From NCBI GenBank assembly GCA_963668675.2, contig CAXXMB010000002.1, positions 2,304,001-2,368,000 on the forward strand: DNA of 64,000 nucleotides. The letters run 5' to 3'. The translations under genes were made by a program, and so were the position numbers. The stretch comes from an uncultured Desulfatitalea sp. (GTDB lineage: Bacteria > Desulfobacterota > Desulfobacteria > Desulfobacterales > Desulfosarcinaceae). Positions 50,270 through 60,170 of this stretch are shown here, one piece after another. Positions within the stretch are counted from its first letter, which is position 1. Each line of letters starts with the position of its first letter. The notes below the pieces were generated by a model. The model was given only the letters and a program-made list of their open reading frames with translations, was not told the origin of the DNA and did not search any database.

Positions 50270-51781
50270 ATGGCGAGAAGAAGAAAAAAACCGCGGGTAC
50301 TGATCGTCACCCCCGAGGTGACGTATCTTCCCGACCGTATGGGGAACATAGCCAATTACTTGACGGCTAAAGCGGGTGGCCTGGCAGATGTATCGGCCGC
50401 CCTGATCAGCGCCCTTTTCAACCAGGGCGCAGATGTTCATGTGGCATTGCCCGACTACCGTTCGATTTTCGAAGATCGCCTGGCGCCGTTCTTGCGACGC
50501 GAGCAGCGGACCTTGCGGCGGGTGATGCCTTTCGACCGTATTCACCTGGCCGAAGATCGGGCCTTTTTCTACCTGAACCGCGTCTACTCCAACTACGGTG
50601 GGGAGAACACCCAGATCTCCCTGGCATTTCAACGCGAGGTGATCAACAACATCGTGCCGCGCGTGCGCCCCGATCTGATCCACTGCAATGACTGGATGAC
50701 CGGGCTGATACCGGCTATGGCGCGAGAGATGGGCGTCCCCTGTCTCTTCACCATTCACAACATTCATACGGTTAAGACCACCCTGGCCCATATCGAGGAC
50801 CGCGGCATCGACGCGGCTTACTTCTGGAACCATCTTTTTTACTCCGACTTTGCCGGGAGCTATGAAGATGCCAGGGACCATATCCCCGTCGATTTTCTGA
50901 CCAGTGGCGTGTTTGCCGCCCACTTTGTCAATACGGTGAGCCAGCGCTTTCTCGATGAGATTGTCGAAGGGCGTCACGATTTCATTGCGCCGCACCTGCG
51001 CCAACAGCTGACCAACAAAGTCCACGCAGAGTGCGCCGCCGGCATTCTCAATGCGCCGGACCCGGGATTCCATCCGAACAATGACGCATACCTGATCGAG
51101 ACCTATGGACCGGACGATCATCTCCAGGCCAAACGGAATAACAAACGCGAACTGCAAAAGCTACTCGGGCTTGTTGAAGACGAGCTGGCGCCGCTCTTTC
51201 TGTGGCCGTCACGCCTCGATCCGATTCAGAAGGGGTGCCAGTTGCTGGCAGATATCTTCTATCAGATGGTCTCCAAGTACTGGGATCAAAATCTGCAGGT
51301 GGTTTTCGTGGCAGACGGCGAATATCAGAACGTATTTCGCAATATCGTCAACCAGCACGCGTTTCATCGCAGGGTGGCGGTGTGCGATTTCAGCGAACGC
51401 CTGGAGCACCAGGCTTACGGCGCTGCCGATTTTGTACTGATGCCTTCGCTTTTCGAACCGTGCGGTTTGCCCCAGATGATCGGTCAGGCTTACGGGGCGC
51501 TGCCGGTGGCCCACAACACCGGAGGTATCAACGACACCGTGACCCAAGTCGATGCGGACAGGGATTCGGGCAGCGGATTTCTCTTCGATATTTACGATGC
51601 CAATGGCTTGATGTGGGCTGTGGACCGAGCCATGGATTTTTTTCAATTGCCATACGCCACCAAAGAGAAACAGGTGACCCGGATCATGCGCCATGCCCTT
51701 GAGACCTTTACCCACTCGGTCAACGCACGGCACTATATCGATCTGTACGAAAAAATGTTGGAACGGCCCCTGTTGAATTAG
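50270..51781 (+). CDS. glgA: Glycogen/starch synthase (GT5), divergent
   Basis: KAGGLADV, IHCNDW, FTIHN, QKG, MPSLFEPCGLPQM, TGGINDTV. Confidence 0.92.
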   Translation: MARRRKKPRVLIVTPEVTYLPDRMGNIANYLTAKAGGLADVSAALISALFNQGADVHVALPDYRSIFEDRLAPFLRREQRTLRRVMPFDRIHLAEDRAFFYLNRVYSNYGGENTQISLAFQREVINNIVPRVRPDLIHCNDWMTGLIPAMAREMGVPCLFTIHNIHTVKTTLAHIEDRGIDAAYFWNHLFYSDFAGSYEDARDHIPVDFLTSGVFAAHFVNTVSQRFLDEIVEGRHDFIAPHLRQQLTNKVHAECAAGILNAPDPGFHPNNDAYLIETYGPDDHLQAKRNNKRELQKLLGLVEDELAPLFLWPSRLDPIQKGCQLLADIFYQMVSKYWDQNLQVVFVADGEYQNVFRNIVNQHAFHRRVAVCDFSERLEHQAYGAADFVLMPSLFEPCGLPQMIGQAYGALPVAHNTGGINDTVTQVDADRDSGSGFLFDIYDANGLMWAVDRAMDFFQLPYATKEKQVTRIMRHALETFTHSVNARHYIDLYEKMLERPLLN

Positions 51782-51783
51782 AT

Positions 51784-53811
51784 ATGACAATCGACCAAGA
51801 TCACCAGCGCGCCAAGCGTTTTGTCTCCTCCGATGCCTATCTTGAACCCCACCTGAAGGCTGTGGAGCGGCGTATTGCCTTGATTTCAAAGAGACGGAAC
51901 GACATCGCCGCCGCCCAGGGGGCGCTGGCCGACTTTGCCTCCGGGCACGAGTACTATGGCCTGCACTTTAAAGACGGAGAGTGGCTGCTGCGCGAATGGG
52001 CGCCCAACGCCACGGCACTCTATTTGATTGGTGAATTGAGTGGCTGGCAGGTGCGTGACGATCTGGCCTTTCGACAGATCGATGCCAACGGTACGTGGGA
52101 ATTACGGCTGCCGGGAGAGCGACTGAAACACGCCGATCTCTATCGGCTTCACCTCCAGTGGCCCGGCGGCAGCGGCGATCGTATCCCGGCATGGGCACGG
52201 CGGGTGGTGCAGGATCCCCGCAGCCTCATCTTCAATGCTCAGGTGTGGCGGCCTGAAACGCCCTACCGCTGGCAGATGCCGGCTTTCAAAGCTGCCGATG
52301 AGCCACCCCTGATTTACGAGGTGCACGTGGGCATGGCCCAACCCGAAGGGGGCGTGGGCAGCTATGCCGCGTTCATCGAGCGTGTGTTGCCCCGCGTGGT
52401 GACAACCGGCTACAACACGCTTCAGATCATGGCCATTCCTGAACACCCCTACTATGGAAGCTTCGGCTATCATGTCAGCAGCTTCTTTGCCCCCTCATCG
52501 CGCTTCGGCACACCCGACGAGTTCAAGGCCCTGGTCGATAACGCCCACATGGCCGGTCTGCGGGTGCTCATCGACCTGGTTCATTCGCATGCTGTCAACA
52601 ATGAAGTCGAAGGTATCAGCCACTATGATGGCAGCGAGTATCAGTTTTTCCACAAGGGACCACGCGGGCGCCATATCGCATGGGATTCGCGTCTGTTCGA
52701 CTATGCCAAGCCGCAAGTCCTGCACTTTCTGCTCTCCAACTGTCGCTACTGGCTGGACGAATTCAGGGTGGATGGTTTTCGCTTCGACGGCATCACCAGC
52801 ATGCTCTACCTGGACCATGGGCTTGAGAAGGCATTTAGCGGCTATGACGACTACTTCAACGCCAATGTCGACGAAGATGCCATTTGCTATCTGGCCCTCG
52901 CCAATCAGTTGATTCACACCGTGCGGCCGGACGCGGTCACCATTGCCGAAGATGTCAGCGGCATGCCAGGGCTGGCAAGACCCTGGGAGGAGGGAGGCAT
53001 CGGTTTCGACTACCGTTTCGCCATGGGGGTGCCCGACTACTGGATTAAGCTGACCAAGGACACCCGGGATGAAGATTGGCACATGGGCGGGCTCTGGTAC
53101 GAACTGAACAATCGCCGCTACGACGAGCGCACGATCTCCTATACCGAATCCCACGACCAGGCCCTGGTTGGAGACAAGACCCTGATTTTTCGGATGGTCG
53201 ATGCCGAGATGTATTACCACATGAGTGTGGGCGACCATCACATGGTGGTGGATCGCGGTGTGGCCTTGCACAAGATGATCCGGTTGATCACCCTGGCCAC
53301 GGCTGGCCACGGCTACCTCAATTTCATGGGCAACGAATTCGGCCACCCCGAGTGGATCGATTTCCCGCGGGAGGGGAACAACTGGTCCTATCACCATGCC
53401 CGGCGTCAGTGGAACCTTGCCGACGATCCCAACCTGAAGTATGCCCAGTTGGGCGCGTTTGACCGAGCGATGATTGAGCTGGTCCGGAAGTACGATGTGC
53501 TGGCGACGCCGTCGATCCGCATGTTGTGGGAGCATGATGACGACAAGATTTTAATCTTTGAGCGGGCAGGACTGATCTGGGCCTTCAACTTCAATCCCAC
53601 CCGCTCGTTCACCGACTACACGTTTTCCGCTCCACCAGGGAGATATGAGGTCGCGCTCGATTCCGACGATGCGCGCTTTGGCGGCTATGGCCGCATCGAC
53701 CACACCCAGTCCCATTTTACCTTGAAGGCCGAAGAGAAGCACCATCCCCCGCACCGGCTCAGCCTCTACCTGCCCCACCGTACGGCGCTTGTTTTACAAT
53801 TGTGCGGGTAG
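51784..53811 (+). CDS. glgB: 1,4-alpha-glucan branching enzyme, GH13_8 (eukaryote/Bacteroidota type)
   Basis: REWAPNA, EHPYYGSFGYHV, DLVHSHA, GFRFDGITSMLY, IAEDVSGMP, ESHDQALVGDKT, YLNFMGNEFGHPEWIDFPR. Confidence 0.93.
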   Translation: MTIDQDHQRAKRFVSSDAYLEPHLKAVERRIALISKRRNDIAAAQGALADFASGHEYYGLHFKDGEWLLREWAPNATALYLIGELSGWQVRDDLAFRQIDANGTWELRLPGERLKHADLYRLHLQWPGGSGDRIPAWARRVVQDPRSLIFNAQVWRPETPYRWQMPAFKAADEPPLIYEVHVGMAQPEGGVGSYAAFIERVLPRVVTTGYNTLQIMAIPEHPYYGSFGYHVSSFFAPSSRFGTPDEFKALVDNAHMAGLRVLIDLVHSHAVNNEVEGISHYDGSEYQFFHKGPRGRHIAWDSRLFDYAKPQVLHFLLSNCRYWLDEFRVDGFRFDGITSMLYLDHGLEKAFSGYDDYFNANVDEDAICYLALANQLIHTVRPDAVTIAEDVSGMPGLARPWEEGGIGFDYRFAMGVPDYWIKLTKDTRDEDWHMGGLWYELNNRRYDERTISYTESHDQALVGDKTLIFRMVDAEMYYHMSVGDHHMVVDRGVALHKMIRLITLATAGHGYLNFMGNEFGHPEWIDFPREGNNWSYHHARRQWNLADDPNLKYAQLGAFDRAMIELVRKYDVLATPSIRMLWEHDDDKILIFERAGLIWAFNFNPTRSFTDYTFSAPPGRYEVALDSDDARFGGYGRIDHTQSHFTLKAEEKHHPPHRLSLYLPHRTALVLQLCG

Positions 53812-53838
53812 AGAGCAATTTTGTCGAACGCTATTTTT

Positions 53839-53973
53839 TGATGGCCCCGTAAAAGGTCTTTCGCACGTCATGCCGGACTTGATCCGGCATCCAGAACCCA
53901 TTGTAAATAATGGATTCCGGCCTTCGCCGGAATGACGGGGAAAGGACTTATGGGACTTTTTCCGATTTCATCA
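53839..53973. repeat. Composite palindromic repeat: CGTC-type REP doublet inside imperfect 20-bp terminal inverted repeats
   Basis: CGTCATGCCGGACTTGATCCGGCATCCA..TGGATTCCGGCCTTCGCCGGAATGACG (53866-53937). Outer IR TGATGGCCCCGTAAAAGGTC / GACTTTTTCCGATTTCATCA match at 14 of 20. Lies between convergent genes. Confidence 0.75.
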
Positions 53974-53988
53974 CTTTTGTTTGATAGC

Positions 53989-54582
53989 TCAGCTCTTCTT
54001 GTAGATGTGGAACAGCTTCATCACCTTTTGGACGTATCGCTGGGTTTCGTCGTAGGGGGGAATGTCCTTGTATCGTTCGACGGCGGTGGGACCGGCATTG
54101 TAGGCGGCCAGGGCCAGGGGGAGCTGGCCTTGGAAGCGCTCGATCATGGCTTTGAGATAGCGCGCCCCGCCCATGATATTCTCCCAGGGGTCGAAGGGGT
54201 CGCTGATGTCGAGCCGTTCCAGGTTCTGGGGCATGATCTGCATCAATCCCATGGCCCCCTTCTTGGATACCGCCTTGGGGTCGAAGTAGGACTCCACGTG
54301 AATCAGGGCCTTGAGCAGGGAGAAGGAGATGCCGTTCTGCTTGGCCGCTTCTTTGATGACATCGTCGTAGCTCTCGATGGAGTACCATGCTTTGGGGCGC
54401 AACGGCGTTTCGCGCATGTATACCTTGTAATTGCTGGAGGTGGGGGTGTTGGTGAAGTGCAAAACACCTTCACTGTCCACGAAGACGTAGATATCGGCAT
54501 GGGCGTGCGGCGTGACAAAAAATGTCAGCAGGACAATTATTGACGGTATGAGCAGTGCGAGTGATAGGTGCCGGTGTTTCAT
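53989..54582 (-). CDS. Soluble lytic transglycosylase (SLT domain, DUF4124-like N-terminus)
   Basis: Signal peptide, IYVFVDSEGVLHFTN, ES.FDPKAVS.KGAMGLMQIMP, ALAAYNAG, ETQRYV. Confidence 0.93.
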   Translation of the reverse strand: MKHRHLSLALLIPSIIVLLTFFVTPHAHADIYVFVDSEGVLHFTNTPTSSNYKVYMRETPLRPKAWYSIESYDDVIKEAAKQNGISFSLLKALIHVESYFDPKAVSKKGAMGLMQIMPQNLERLDISDPFDPWENIMGGARYLKAMIERFQGQLPLALAAYNAGPTAVERYKDIPPYDETQRYVQKVMKLFHIYKKS

Positions 54583-54755
54583 GGTTTTTCGATCTCTGTT
54601 GCGTTTAATTGTCACTTCTGCCGCTACATCTGGTATCTGGTCCTCAGCAACACGCCGATATATGTCTATCGGTCGATTTTCCCGGAAGTTAAGTTCTCGG
54701 TTTCCGGTGCAACGGTGATCCCTCGGCTATGTAAGCCATGCAAAAAGCATTCCTT

Positions 54756-55166
54756 CTATTCATCCGAAACCATTTCGATTTCCGTGATGATCTCAGCCAC
54801 CCCACGCACCGTGGCGGCCACGGAGCAATATTTTTCCTGGGAAAGCTGAACCGCCTGGGAGATGGCCTTTTCCGTCAAATCCTTGCCGCTGACCCGATAC
54901 TTCAGGTGAATGCGCCGATAGGCCCATGGTGGATCGGGATCCTGTTCACCATCGGCGATAATTTCGAGCATGGTGAGCGGCTTGCGTTTTTTGGTCATGA
55001 TATCAAGTACATCGTAAGCGGTGCAGGCCGACAGGCCGATGAGCAGCATCTGGGAGGGGCTGACGCCTTTGGCCGGATCGTCGCCGGAAAGCACGACCGA
55101 TTGATTATGGGAATCCGTACCCAGAAACTTTTTGTCCGTCAACCAGCGAACGGCGGTGGTCGGCAT
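54756..55166 (-). CDS. OsmC-family protein
   Basis: SPSQMLL..SACT, KYCSV. Confidence 0.9.
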   Translation of the reverse strand: MPTTAVRWLTDKKFLGTDSHNQSVVLSGDDPAKGVSPSQMLLIGLSACTAYDVLDIMTKKRKPLTMLEIIADGEQDPDPPWAYRRIHLKYRVSGKDLTEKAISQAVQLSQEKYCSVAATVRGVAEIITEIEMVSDE

Positions 55167-55322
55167 GGTGATACTCCTTTATGGTGATATGGGTGGGTGC
55201 CTTTGAGAGCGAATTCACCATACTGATTTTCGGTGGGCCGCGCAAGCGTTTCGAAAAAGCTTATTGGAACGGCTTTCGATATGGTAACGTGGGGTCAACT
55301 TTTGGAAGAGGGACAACGCGTT

Positions 55323-56180
55323 ATGCCCTTTTTGATGTGGATTGTCATTCTGCTGCTCGTTGCTTTAATGGCGTGGTGCCTCCAGCGTATTCGAAAACAG
55401 GCGCTACGCCTGGAGAAGCTGCGCAACGCACTCAACGATGCCAAGATTCGCCTCCATGCCATGGAGGAGGATCAGAACCGGCGCGATACCCATCGCGAAA
55501 GCACGGAAGATCGCTTGAGAGGCTATCTGCAGTTGCTGGATGCGCTGATCAACACCATCCCCAACCCCATCTACTTCAAGGATGCCCAGGGGGTTTTTCA
55601 GGGCTGCAACCGGGTCTTTGCCAAGAGCATACTGGGCTTGACCCGTGACCGTATCATCGGAGTACGCCCCCAGGAGTTGCCCGAGCAGATTCCGCCGGAG
55701 CTGGCTGCGACCTATCTGCGCCAGGAGATGACGATGATACAGAAAGGGCAGTCCCACACCTTCGAGGCCGAGGCCCTTTGTGCCGACGGTCAGCGGCGCA
55801 ATTTTCTCTTCAGTCTGGCACTCATTCAGAATGAGGACGACGCACCGATCGGCAGTGTGGCAGTGCTTTCCGATTTGACTGAGCAGAACCGCGCCGCCCG
55901 GGACCGGGCGCACAGAGAGAAGCTCGAAGGGGTGCTCGAGACGGCCGGCGGTGTCTGCCACGAATTCAACCAACCCCTGCAGGCGTTGTCCGGATATCTG
56001 GAACTGCTAACCATGAAAAGCAAGGCCGATGAGGGTCTTGCGGAGTATGTCGCCAAGGCGCTTGACCAGATCGAGCGCATGCGATCCATTACAGCCAAGC
56101 TGCAGGGGATCACCCATTACGAGACCATGCAGTACGCTAACAAGACCAAGATCATCGATATTCACAAATCTTCACGGTAG
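55323..56180 (+). CDS. TM-coiled coil-PAS-HisKA protein lacking an ATPase domain
   Basis: PAS IPNPIYFKD..GCN, H-box CHEFNQPLQ, ends at IIDIHKSSR. Confidence 0.85.
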   Translation: MPFLMWIVILLLVALMAWCLQRIRKQALRLEKLRNALNDAKIRLHAMEEDQNRRDTHRESTEDRLRGYLQLLDALINTIPNPIYFKDAQGVFQGCNRVFAKSILGLTRDRIIGVRPQELPEQIPPELAATYLRQEMTMIQKGQSHTFEAEALCADGQRRNFLFSLALIQNEDDAPIGSVAVLSDLTEQNRAARDRAHREKLEGVLETAGGVCHEFNQPLQALSGYLELLTMKSKADEGLAEYVAKALDQIERMRSITAKLQGITHYETMQYANKTKIIDIHKSSR

Positions 56181-56205
56181 AAGCGTGTGCCTGCCTCTCT
56201 CGCTG

Positions 56206-57210
56206 CTATGCCCCATCGGCCAGCGCCCAGGTTAAAAACCGGGCATAGACCTGCCAGACGTTGTCACCATACCCCCCAGCCATAAGAAAGGCCGCCGGAA
56301 TGTTTTTCGAGCGTAGAAATCGATAGATCATCTGATCTCTTATCAGCATCTGATCCAGCGTGAGCTTCAAACCCGAGGTCGAGGGCAGCTCATCCCCCTC
56401 ATAAGGATCGGCGCCATCAACGACGATGGCCAGGTCCGCCCGTCCCCTCCGCTCCATCTCCTTGAGCCCTGCACCCAACCGGTCGACATATCCCCCCTCT
56501 TCGCCCGCCTCGATGGGGATGTCGATGTCGCTGGGAGTGAAGACCGGATTGGGTGTTCCATCTTTTAGGCGGCGTGGCCCATCCAGCGGCCAACCAGTGG
56601 CCATGTGGACACTCAGGGTGACGATGCTGTTGTCATCGGCGGTCAGCGCGGCCGTCCCGTCGCCCTTGTGGGCATCCACATCGATAATCCATACGCGCTG
56701 TACGGCGTTTTCAGCCTGTAGTTTGCGTGCGGCGATGACGATGTCATTGATCATGCAGAAACCGCTGCCGTGGTCGCTGTAGGCGTGGTGCATGCCGCCG
56801 CCGAAGTAGAAACAGAAACCATGAGCCAGGGCGAGTCGTCCACACTGGGTCGATCCGGCTGCTTTGATCAGCATGCGTTCAAACAGTTGATCGAGGGGGT
56901 ATTGGGCCGTTTCGGGGGCATAGCGATGGTAGCTGCCGTCGGCGGCGATCAACTCATAGGTGGAGAGGATCTCCTCTTCGAGCCGATCCGAGAAAAGCCG
57001 TTGGACGTAGGCCGGGCTGTGGACCCGCAGCAGATCCTCACGGGAGAGGCGCTCGGTGACGGCCGGAGCGTGCCACTTCTCAATTATGGGCCCCAGGTTC
57101 GGATGACGCTTCAGCGCTGCGAAGGTTCGAGTGGATCGACTGTCGCGTACAGGGATGAGAATGCCGAAAGGCTCAAGACTCATGGTGATGGATGTGTCGT
57201 AGAGAATCAT
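56206..57210 (-). CDS. Histone deacetylase-family amidohydrolase
   Basis: GGMHHA, GFCMIND, IDVDAHKGDGT, GADP, GGY. Confidence 0.93.
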   Translation of the reverse strand: MILYDTSITMSLEPFGILIPVRDSRSTRTFAALKRHPNLGPIIEKWHAPAVTERLSREDLLRVHSPAYVQRLFSDRLEEEILSTYELIAADGSYHRYAPETAQYPLDQLFERMLIKAAGSTQCGRLALAHGFCFYFGGGMHHAYSDHGSGFCMINDIVIAARKLQAENAVQRVWIIDVDAHKGDGTAALTADDNSIVTLSVHMATGWPLDGPRRLKDGTPNPVFTPSDIDIPIEAGEEGGYVDRLGAGLKEMERRGRADLAIVVDGADPYEGDELPSTSGLKLTLDQMLIRDQMIYRFLRSKNIPAAFLMAGGYGDNVWQVYARFLTWALADGA

Positions 57211-57419
57211 GCCGTGCTCCCTTCCCTATTGTTATGCATTCGAGCTCCTATGGATAACACCGGCGGTTGGGTTAAAGATGGCATAATCTAATGCGCCTGG
57301 GACGTAAGTCACCCTGTGGCAAACATAAAATGCATCGGTTGGCCTACAGATGACCCCGATAGAAAGGCTGCTTTTTCCGGACGGGGCGTTGCAGGAAAAA
57401 TTGAGTGATCGATACAAGG

Positions 57420-57454
57420 AATGAGCCCCCGCTCATCATGTGCGGGGGCTCATT
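57420..57454. terminator. Terminator-like hairpin downstream of the TRAP permease
   Basis: AATGAGCCCCCGC-N9-GCGGGGGCTCATT. Confidence 0.7.
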
Positions 57455-57512
57455 TTAGACTATATGAGATGTTGTCCGCCCGATCGATTGATCCGGTTTC
57501 TGTCCGATCAGT

Positions 57513-60170
57513 TTAAGCGGTGGCTTTGCTCATTTCCTGCCGCTGGGCTATTGGCAGCGTCAGCGATGGATCCTTCCTGATACGCACCTTCTGCTTGAAG
57601 AAAACAAGCACCCAGAGTCCAATGCCGATGAGATCCACGATCAGCACCGGGAAGTCCACGCCCAACAGCCAATGGACGATCTTGGGGAAGAAGAGCAGCA
57701 ACGTGGCCACGGCGCAGATGCCCCACTCCGCAATCGTGGTGGGGCAGAGGAAGTAGCCCATGGTGAGGCTGCCGAAGGCGACGGTGCCCAGCACGATGGT
57801 GAACCAGGTGCTGACCACCTGATACCAGGGCATGATAAAGTCCGGCCCGCCAAGTAGAAATCCCGGAGAGAAGGCGAAGAGAAAGGGTCCGATATAGAGC
57901 ATCTTGGCGAACTTGAATGCGGTCCAACCGGTTTTCCAGGGGTCTGAACCGGCAATGGCCGCGCCCGCGTAGGCCGCCACACAGACCGGCGGCGTGATGT
58001 TGGAGTCCTGACTGAACCAGTAGACGATCATGTGCGAGGCCAGCAGCGCCCATGTCAGTTGCGCAGAGATGGCCATGTACTGCGGTTCGTTGGGCATCAG
58101 GTTCTCCAGCGGCTGCTTGAACTCGTAGAGGGAGACGCCGACCTGGGACTGGATGATCATGTCGCTCAGCGCGCCCACTGCCAATACAGCCGTGATCAGG
58201 TAGGCCGCCGTTACCGGTACGCCCATGCCGAGCACCAGTGAGGCCAGGCCGATGAGCAGAATGGCCAGGGGCAGGTAGCCGAACGAGAGATCGATGATGA
58301 TCTGGGAAAATTTCAATCCGATGCCGGTCAACTGGATTGTCCCCACGATGATACCGATCACACCCACCGTGGCGCCGATGACCAGGGTTGAACGGGCGCC
58401 TTCCAGCAACGGCGTCAATACTTCTTTGTAGCGTTGCTTCGGATCTTTGAGCACTAAGCTTACAATTGGATAGGCGACAAAGGCCAGAAAACCGCTGATG
58501 GCGGAATTATCAACGAAAATGATGGCCCCCAACAAGCCGATGAAAGCCGGGATCATGGTGATACCGAAGCCGGTGTAATCGAAGCCCTTTTCGGTTTGGT
58601 TGATATCCCTGGTGAGTACACCGATTAAAGTGTATGCGACGAGACCGCCGACGATCAGGGCTGCTACACTCTCCGTCACGAAGATGTGCACCGCCCATAC
58701 TGCCAATGGTGGTACAGCAAAGCGCGCAATCTCCTTGAGTCCGGTCGTGAAATTCTGGTCCAGCCAGAACACCACGATACAGCTCAGGATTGCCCAGTAG
58801 GCAGCAAGTCCGGGTGAGTAGCCGAAGAGCATCATCACCACGATGATCACCAGCGGCAGGGACATGAACCACTGTTGTTTCAGGATTTGGAATGCGGTAG
58901 GCGCTTCGGGGTCGTCGATACCCACCAGCCCGTAGCGCTTGGCCTCGAAGTGGATCATGACAAAGACCGACAGAAAATAGATCACGGCCGGAAAGATGGC
59001 CATGAGCATGATTTTCACATAGGGAATCTCCGTCATTTCGGCCATGATAAATCCGCCGGCCCCCATGATGGGGGGCATGAACATGCCGCCGATGGAGGCA
59101 GAAGGCTCGATGGCCCCGGCCACATGGGGACGGAATCCCGCTTTCTTCATCAGGGGAATGGTAAAGGCCCCTGTGGAGACCGTATTGGCGATGGCCGATC
59201 CGGAGACCGATCCGAAAAAGCCCGAAGCCATGACGGCCACTTTCGCCGGCCCGCCCACGGTGCGCCCGGCCAGGGCCATGGGCAGGTCGAGGAAGAAACG
59301 GCTGGCGCCCGAGGATTTCAGGAACGAGCCGAAGAAGATGAACAGGATGACATAGGTCACCAGCACGGTGGCCATGATGCCGAAGACACCCTCCTGTTTG
59401 TAGTAGATGTGGTTGAGGGCCCGGTCGATTTTGAAGCCTTCGTGGGCAAACGCGTTGATGATGGGGATGTGGTGAAGCACATCCCCCCAGAAGGCGTAGA
59501 GCAGAAATACCGCGCCCACGATGGTCATGGACCAGCCCAGCACGCGGCGGGCCACCTCCAGGGAGATCAGGATGCCCAGCATGCTCACCGCCGTATCCAA
59601 GGCGTTTTCCGATCCCATGCGGTAGTTGATGTTTTCATACTCGACAATGAAGTAGCCGACCACAAAGGCCGCTGCCAGGGCCAGGACGATGTCGAGCATG
59701 ATGACCGATCCGTCCGAGCGCCGGTTGCCCCAGAATCGTATCGGCAGAAAGAAAGAGACGGCCGCCGCCAGGCCCGCCAATGCATAGAACCAGTTGATCC
59801 CCTCAAACGGCTCTTCATTGCCCTGGCTGCCCAGCAGGAAGTGGAGCGCAAAGTAGACGCAGAGGAAGAGGCAGGCGAATGAGATGGCTGCGTCGATGTA
59901 GTAGCCTCTCTTTTTAGGGGCCTTGTCGGTGAACGGGTAGTGTACGAAGACCAGGATGTAGGTCAGCAGGACGTAGAAGCCGAGAAAGTACTGCGTGTCT
60001 ACGGGCGTGGCCGCACAGTACATGTAAAAGAGCACCATGAAGATGCCCATGCCGGCGCTGATGTAGTACCAGAGACCTGTATCGATATTGCGACCGACCT
60101 TCTCATCCTTCTGGATGATCTCCTTGAGTTTCTCTTGGTCAGCGGCTTCAATGATTTGGGGATCGCTCAT
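57513..60170 (-). CDS. TRAP transporter fused 4TM/12TM permease
   Basis: GGPAKVAV, SGSAIANTVSTG.FTIPLMK, GMGVPVTAAY, ITPPVC.AAY. Start 60170 with GAGG RBS. Confidence 0.93.
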   Translation of the reverse strand: MSDPQIIEAADQEKLKEIIQKDEKVGRNIDTGLWYYISAGMGIFMVLFYMYCAATPVDTQYFLGFYVLLTYILVFVHYPFTDKAPKKRGYYIDAAISFACLFLCVYFALHFLLGSQGNEEPFEGINWFYALAGLAAAVSFFLPIRFWGNRRSDGSVIMLDIVLALAAAFVVGYFIVEYENINYRMGSENALDTAVSMLGILISLEVARRVLGWSMTIVGAVFLLYAFWGDVLHHIPIINAFAHEGFKIDRALNHIYYKQEGVFGIMATVLVTYVILFIFFGSFLKSSGASRFFLDLPMALAGRTVGGPAKVAVMASGFFGSVSGSAIANTVSTGAFTIPLMKKAGFRPHVAGAIEPSASIGGMFMPPIMGAGGFIMAEMTEIPYVKIMLMAIFPAVIYFLSVFVMIHFEAKRYGLVGIDDPEAPTAFQILKQQWFMSLPLVIIVVMMLFGYSPGLAAYWAILSCIVVFWLDQNFTTGLKEIARFAVPPLAVWAVHIFVTESVAALIVGGLVAYTLIGVLTRDINQTEKGFDYTGFGITMIPAFIGLLGAIIFVDNSAISGFLAFVAYPIVSLVLKDPKQRYKEVLTPLLEGARSTLVIGATVGVIGIIVGTIQLTGIGLKFSQIIIDLSFGYLPLAILLIGLASLVLGMGVPVTAAYLITAVLAVGALSDMIIQSQVGVSLYEFKQPLENLMPNEPQYMAISAQLTWALLASHMIVYWFSQDSNITPPVCVAAYAGAAIAGSDPWKTGWTAFKFAKMLYIGPFLFAFSPGFLLGGPDFIMPWYQVVSTWFTIVLGTVAFGSLTMGYFLCPTTIAEWGICAVATLLLFFPKIVHWLLGVDFPVLIVDLIGIGLWVLVFFKQKVRIRKDPSLTLPIAQRQEMSKATA

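Noticed and set aside
48899..51157. Long antisense ORFs (also 15..1433, 16765..18213, 25853..27412, 30699..32150, 61887..63950 and others)
   Set aside because: They shadow well-supported genes on the opposite strand in GC-rich DNA and carry no recognisable motifs.
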